Shown one piece after another: positions 49,492-53,143 of a stretch of 53,143 bases of DNA. The translations under genes and the position numbers were made by a program. Origin of the DNA: a virus. Every line of letters starts with the position of its first letter. Positions within the stretch are counted from its first letter, which is position 1. The DNA lies in the IMG/VR virus record IMGVR_UViG_3300045988_065744; one strand, 5' to 3'. The notes under the pieces are model-generated. The model ran no database searches and was not told the origin of the DNA. It was given only the letters and a program-made list of their open reading frames with translations.

Positions 49492-49875
49492 ATGACTTTG
49501 ACCAAAGAAACCATCGAAAAGGCCGTCAACTGGTGGGTGGAAAAAGTGACTGCCAACCAGCCGCATAGCAATGGGGATAACGGCTACACGTCTATTGTGA
49601 CGTGTCTCCTTGCGGATTCTACGGCAAAGAAAATCTCAAAGAAACAGGTTGAAGTTTTCAAAAAAGAACTGGCAATGAGGATTGAGAAAGAAGCAAAGGC
49701 GTGGACAAAAATCTCCGTTGGGTGTGACTATTGGCCATGCGTGATGTTGGAACAGGCCGCTCTTGAAGCAGGCATTCCGGCTACAAATTTCCCATTCAAG
49801 ACGTGGATGTACATTTCAGAAAAAGACGGCATAGTGGTGCGCGACGGGTACGGAGCGCCGCCTGTAAGAATTTGA
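49492..49875 (+). CDS. Hypothetical protein
   Basis: 127 aa. Confidence 0.5.
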   Translation: MTLTKETIEKAVNWWVEKVTANQPHSNGDNGYTSIVTCLLADSTAKKISKKQVEVFKKELAMRIEKEAKAWTKISVGCDYWPCVMLEQAALEAGIPATNFPFKTWMYISEKDGIVVRDGYGAPPVRI

Positions 49876-49884
49876 GGTGACAGC

Positions 49885-50406
49885 ATGGACAAGAAAAAAG
49901 GCACCCCGGCGGAGGTTGAAACCGTAACGGTGACAATGAGCCGCCCGGTGGCGGAAGCTGTGCAGGCCGCTTGCGAGATGTATCTGCGCCTGCACATGGG
50001 ACAGTTCAATGATCTTGCGGAAGACCTCTGCATGGCGAAGCACTATGCCGATATGGATGCAAAGCGATTCAAAAACGCAGAGGACGAAAAAGAAGATTTT
50101 TACCGGGCGCTGGAAAACCGGAATATGATGCAGGACGACATGGATAGAGCCTATCAGATGTTTGCCTGTCACCAACTTATCGAAGACGGTATGCGCGTTC
50201 CGTACCGGGCAGAACAGGTCTGGCTGGGCATTCGTCATGCGCTGGCGTGGCACGATAAGCCGGAGGGCGACTGGACGAATGTGAGCTTTGACAAGCCGCT
50301 GAACCGGTCGGATCAGCCGCAACCCACTGTGAAGCTGACAACCACCGCAGATCATGAGCCGAAGCGTGATGGAAAGAAAGCAAAAGGCGGGAGAACAAAA
50401 AAGTGA
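49885..50406 (+). CDS. Hypothetical protein with basic tail
   Basis: 173 aa, RBS gaggtg. Confidence 0.5.
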   Translation: MDKKKGTPAEVETVTVTMSRPVAEAVQAACEMYLRLHMGQFNDLAEDLCMAKHYADMDAKRFKNAEDEKEDFYRALENRNMMQDDMDRAYQMFACHQLIEDGMRVPYRAEQVWLGIRHALAWHDKPEGDWTNVSFDKPLNRSDQPQPTVKLTTTADHEPKRDGKKAKGGRTKK

Positions 50407-50600
50407 GAAGAGATGTCGAGATAAGAATTTGCGATCGTTGCAAAAAAGAAATAATACTGGATCGGCACAAAAGCGGCTATTCGGAAGCTCTCAGGGCGTG
50501 GAAAGAAGGGCCAATCAAAGACACTGACCTTTGCCCAGAGTGCTACAAGCTGTACTCCGAAACGATGACTAAATTTTGGAGGGCAGAAAACAATGGTTAA
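50403..50600 (+). CDS. Zinc-ribbon protein
   Basis: 65 aa, GTG start. CDRCKK...CPEC. Confidence 0.5.
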   Translation: MRRDVEIRICDRCKKEIILDRHKSGYSEALRAWKEGPIKDTDLCPECYKLYSETMTKFWRAENNG

Positions 50601-50769
50601 AGAAATCTGCGAAAGGTGCGGAAAGGTCTATGAGGCCGGTCCGAACACCCACTACTGCAAGGAATGCAGAAAAGAAATCCGAAGCGTGGCAGCAAAGAAG
50701 AGAAATCTTTCTGATATGGGACACGCTGCAAGAAAGGAAAAAGCAAATGAGCGAAAGAATGATAATTGA
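50593..50769 (+). CDS. Zinc-ribbon mini-protein (58 aa)
   Basis: MVKEICERCGKVYEAGPNTHYCKECRKEIRS.... Below the ORF-track cutoff. Overlaps both neighbours. Confidence 0.45.
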   Translation: MVKEICERCGKVYEAGPNTHYCKECRKEIRSVAAKKRNLSDMGHAARKEKANERKNDN

Positions 50770-51154
50770 TGCCCTGCCGACCAGAAATAATATTCTGCTG
50801 GGAATCGTGGCAACTAACACGGGAAATGCGGTTGTGGATGCGATGATTCGGGGGGCGTTCAGAGCTTGTCTTGAAGAGTTGGACGATGCACCGAAGGTGG
50901 AAGTGCAGGAATGGCGGCGGGCGAGTGATCCGCCGCCCACCCACAATGAAACTTGGAATGATGGGAATGAAACCTACTCCGGCGAAACCAGTATGAAGGT
51001 CTGGGCACATTGCGCAGATGGCACTCAGCATGAAGCACACTATGAAATTCACGACGGAACCGGGCAGTGGTTTGTTGAAGGCCAAGATGACAGATTCGAT
51101 GAACACGGCAATGTAACGCACTGGATGTACTACCCGGCGGCGCCGAAAGACTAA
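50747..51154 (+). CDS. DUF551-like protein
   Basis: Start at MSERMIIDAL. The C-terminal W..ASDPPP....VTHWMYYPAAPKD matches the DUF551 ending as I remember it. Confidence 0.5.
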   Translation: MSERMIIDALPTRNNILLGIVATNTGNAVVDAMIRGAFRACLEELDDAPKVEVQEWRRASDPPPTHNETWNDGNETYSGETSMKVWAHCADGTQHEAHYEIHDGTGQWFVEGQDDRFDEHGNVTHWMYYPAAPKD

Positions 51155-51296
51155 CTGCCAGAAAATGGCAAAAAGCATAACCTAAAGGGGCGAAAGTCCT
51201 CTTTAGGGAGCTTGTATACCCGTTATTTCTGTGACTGTGCTGGTCCACAGAAGAAAAATAAACACAGGAAGTTGACCGGGGCAGGAGGTGATAGGG

Positions 51297-52169
51297 ATGC
51301 GCAGAAACTATATCAGAGAAAAAAAGATTATCTGTGGTGATAGTTATATGGCTGTGTGTCTCTACGCCATTACCCCGCAGGAACGAAACACCAGAGGGAA
51401 GAAGCAGAAGAAGTCCGGCGAAAGACAGAAAGCCCGGAACAAGATGTCTTCCCTGCGGAAAAAGCAAAGAAAGGTTGTTGCGAACTTCACGAAGAACGGG
51501 TTCTTCCTTTCCGGGACGTTTGAAGAAGTTTTCTTGCCGGACGACTTTCTGGGATGCGTCCGGGAAACAAAGAACTATAAGCGCCGTGTAATTGCCGCAA
51601 TCTGCAAGCGGTTCAAGATTACCCGGGAGAAAATCAAAATGATGCTCTGGGCTGTGCGCAAGGGCAAAGATGGCCGGTTACATATGCACGGCTTTGTAGA
51701 GTGCATCGGGCTTGACCAGATCGACCGCCGCGAAGTGCGCGAAATGCTGGAAGACCTCTGGCGTCGCCGTATTCCCGGAACAAACGAGTATGAAAGTCTG
51801 GGAACCATGAATGCGGATCGCATTGACATGAAAAAAATTCTGGGAACAGACCAGACAACGCAAGGCAAGTACGGAACGGTCGGGTATATCTACAACCACA
51901 CAGAGCGTGTCTGCATCGAAACCAAAAACCTGATTTTGCCGGAAGAGCAGGCGCCGAACGATACAAAGTGGAGCCGCCGTCAACTGAGGGACGCCTGCGG
52001 AGATATGCAGAACGATGAATACTGGTGGAGCCAGCGTTTCCCGGGCTGGAAGCTGGAAAAAAGCGTTGTTTACAATCCGGGAGAACTGCACCAGTCCGAC
52101 CAAACCCGGGAAGATGGCTGGGAAGTAACGGAAGCACAATGCTATGCCATTCTGAGCCGGAAATGGTAA
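51297..52169 (+). CDS. Putative HUH-type rolling-circle replication initiator
   Basis: ATG after ggcaggagg. FFLSGTFEE (motif 1-like), RLHMHGFV (HUH-like), GTVGYIYNH (Tyr motif-like). Confidence 0.4.
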   Translation: MRRNYIREKKIICGDSYMAVCLYAITPQERNTRGKKQKKSGERQKARNKMSSLRKKQRKVVANFTKNGFFLSGTFEEVFLPDDFLGCVRETKNYKRRVIAAICKRFKITREKIKMMLWAVRKGKDGRLHMHGFVECIGLDQIDRREVREMLEDLWRRRIPGTNEYESLGTMNADRIDMKKILGTDQTTQGKYGTVGYIYNHTERVCIETKNLILPEEQAPNDTKWSRRQLRDACGDMQNDEYWWSQRFPGWKLEKSVVYNPGELHQSDQTREDGWEVTEAQCYAILSRKW

Positions 52170-52179
52170 AGGGGGAGAC

Positions 52180-52713
52180 ATGAGCACAAGATTGAGCCTT
52201 GAAGACCTGCCGCCGCGCTACCGGGCGCAGGCGGAAGCCCAGATTGCCCGGCGGACAAGGGAAAAGTGCGCCCCGACGCAGCAGACATTGGCGGATGCAG
52301 CAAAGTCTGCTGGAAAAATCGGGAAAACTTTCGAGAGCCGGGGAGAATACGAGTATTACATATCCGTGATCCTGCCAGGCATTGAATCTGGCAGGATCAT
52401 CAAGGCAACGCCGCACGTTGCCTTTCCCCTGCTGCCCGCAAAGGAGTATGGCAATGTCAAACTGCCAGCGGCGCGATATACGGCAGACTATGTGTTGGTG
52501 TATGCTGATGGCGCGGTGGAAGTGGTAGAAATCAAGTCGAAATTCACCCGGCGGGCACAGCGGGACTACATTTACCGCCGCCGGTTGTTTATTGACCTGA
52601 TCGCAGAGCCAAAAGGCTATAAGTTCACGGAAATCATCACGCCGGACAGCAAGGATGAAATCCGGGAGTGGAAACGCCTTGCAAAACAGGCAGGAAGGAG
52701 TGAAAAGCTGTGA
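52180..52713 (+). CDS. DUF1064-like protein (PD-(D/E)xK-type nuclease fold?)
   Basis: FESRGEYEYYISVILPG...YTADYVLVYADGAVEVVEIKSKFT pattern. Confidence 0.5.
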   Translation: MSTRLSLEDLPPRYRAQAEAQIARRTREKCAPTQQTLADAAKSAGKIGKTFESRGEYEYYISVILPGIESGRIIKATPHVAFPLLPAKEYGNVKLPAARYTADYVLVYADGAVEVVEIKSKFTRRAQRDYIYRRRLFIDLIAEPKGYKFTEIITPDSKDEIREWKRLAKQAGRSEKL

Positions 52714-53000
52714 CAGATGAAGAAAAGGCAAGGTTTGAGACAAACGCGGTGTTTCTTTGCCGTGAAATCAGCAAAGAAACCGGTCAGATCGCGGTCTATG
52801 AGCTGGATGTGCCGGTAGATGGTCACATGATCTTCTGCCTGCGCATTCGGCAGCAGTTCAACCCGGAACTGCGGTATTTTGTGGTCGGAGAAAAATTCTA
52901 CACGGCACACAAGCAAGAAATCATTGCCAGCTTGAAAAAGCGCCGGGTGCTGAAAGATAAAATTGAAATCATGGGGCCTATTGTCGAACTGGGCCGCTGA
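52710..53000 (+). CDS. Hypothetical protein
   Basis: 96 aa, GTG start after aaggagtg. Confidence 0.5.
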   Translation: MTDEEKARFETNAVFLCREISKETGQIAVYELDVPVDGHMIFCLRIRQQFNPELRYFVVGEKFYTAHKQEIIASLKKRRVLKDKIEIMGPIVELGR

Positions 53001-53013
53001 GAGGTGAGTAAAC

Positions 53014-53143
53014 ATGAGCAAACCACGAAGAAAGCCGTTCCCGGAGTATTTCAAGAAGTCTCTGGGCTTGCAGGTGAAGCGAAAGCAGGCAGCCCGCCGG
53101 AAAGCGGCGCTGGAAGCAAAGAAGGAAGCTGCTACAAAAAAAC
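53014..53143 (+). CDS. Small basic protein, ORF runs through the terminal repeat (continues as 1..104 after circularisation)
   Basis: ATG at 53014 after gagaggtgagtaaac. Reads MSKPRRKPFPEYFKKSLGLQVKRKQAARRKAALEAKKEAATKKQ, with its stop TGA at 102-104 of the window start. Confidence 0.5.
   Translation, partial: MSKPRRKPFPEYFKKSLGLQVKRKQAARRKAALEAKKEAATKK
53045..53143. repeat. Terminal direct repeat, copy 2
   Basis: Identical to bases 1-99. Consistent with assembler overlap of a circular molecule or a short DTR. Confidence 0.95.

Larger units (their letters stand above)
1..53143. mobile_element. Complete temperate phage genome, circular assembly (about 53,044 bp unique)
   Basis: Exact 99-bp terminal overlap. 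Full set of packaging, head, contractile tail, lysis, lysogeny (serine integrase, CI-like repressor) and early genes. No flanking host genes. Confidence 0.85.

Overview
The window is a complete, circularly assembled temperate phage genome. Bases 1-99 recur exactly at 53045-53143, so the unique length is about 53,044 bp. Layout in order: (1) the end of the rightward early/middle operon, with a sigma-like late regulator (132-614). (2) A leftward accessory island of ten small genes (853-6377), driven by a consensus promoter and faced by a divergent ribbon-helix-helix regulator (6604-6822). Every intergenic gap in its core carries a conserved GC-rich repeat. (3) A C-rich repeat tract plus palindromes, the best cos/packaging-site candidate (7035-7392). 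(4) A long rightward late operon. It holds two small-terminase-like genes, a GpA-type large terminase and lambda-like W/portal/ClpP-protease-scaffold/decoration/major capsid genes. It continues into a P2/Mu-like contractile tail: sheath, tube, frameshifted chaperone, tape measure, X/D/V/U/W/J/I baseplate and tail fibre. (5) A tail-tip accessory region with two systems. One is a protein carrying 47 cysteines in CxxxC register with its own radical SAM/SPASM maturase. The other is a diversity-generating retroelement (target gene with C-terminal VR, TR, reverse transcriptase). (6) Lysis genes. (7) A leftward lysogeny module (large serine recombinase with a candidate attP, lipoprotein, CI-like repressor) with a divergent promoter/operator switch. 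(8) A rightward early region of mostly small unknown genes. It includes an apparently circularly permuted C5 cytosine methyltransferase, a 3D-domain protein, a structured non-coding tract ending in a tRNA-like element, a HUH-type Rep candidate and a DUF1064-like protein. All family assignments come from motif recognition by eye and memory of protein families; no database search was run. Starts were refined with RBS and overlap logic and may be off by a few codons.
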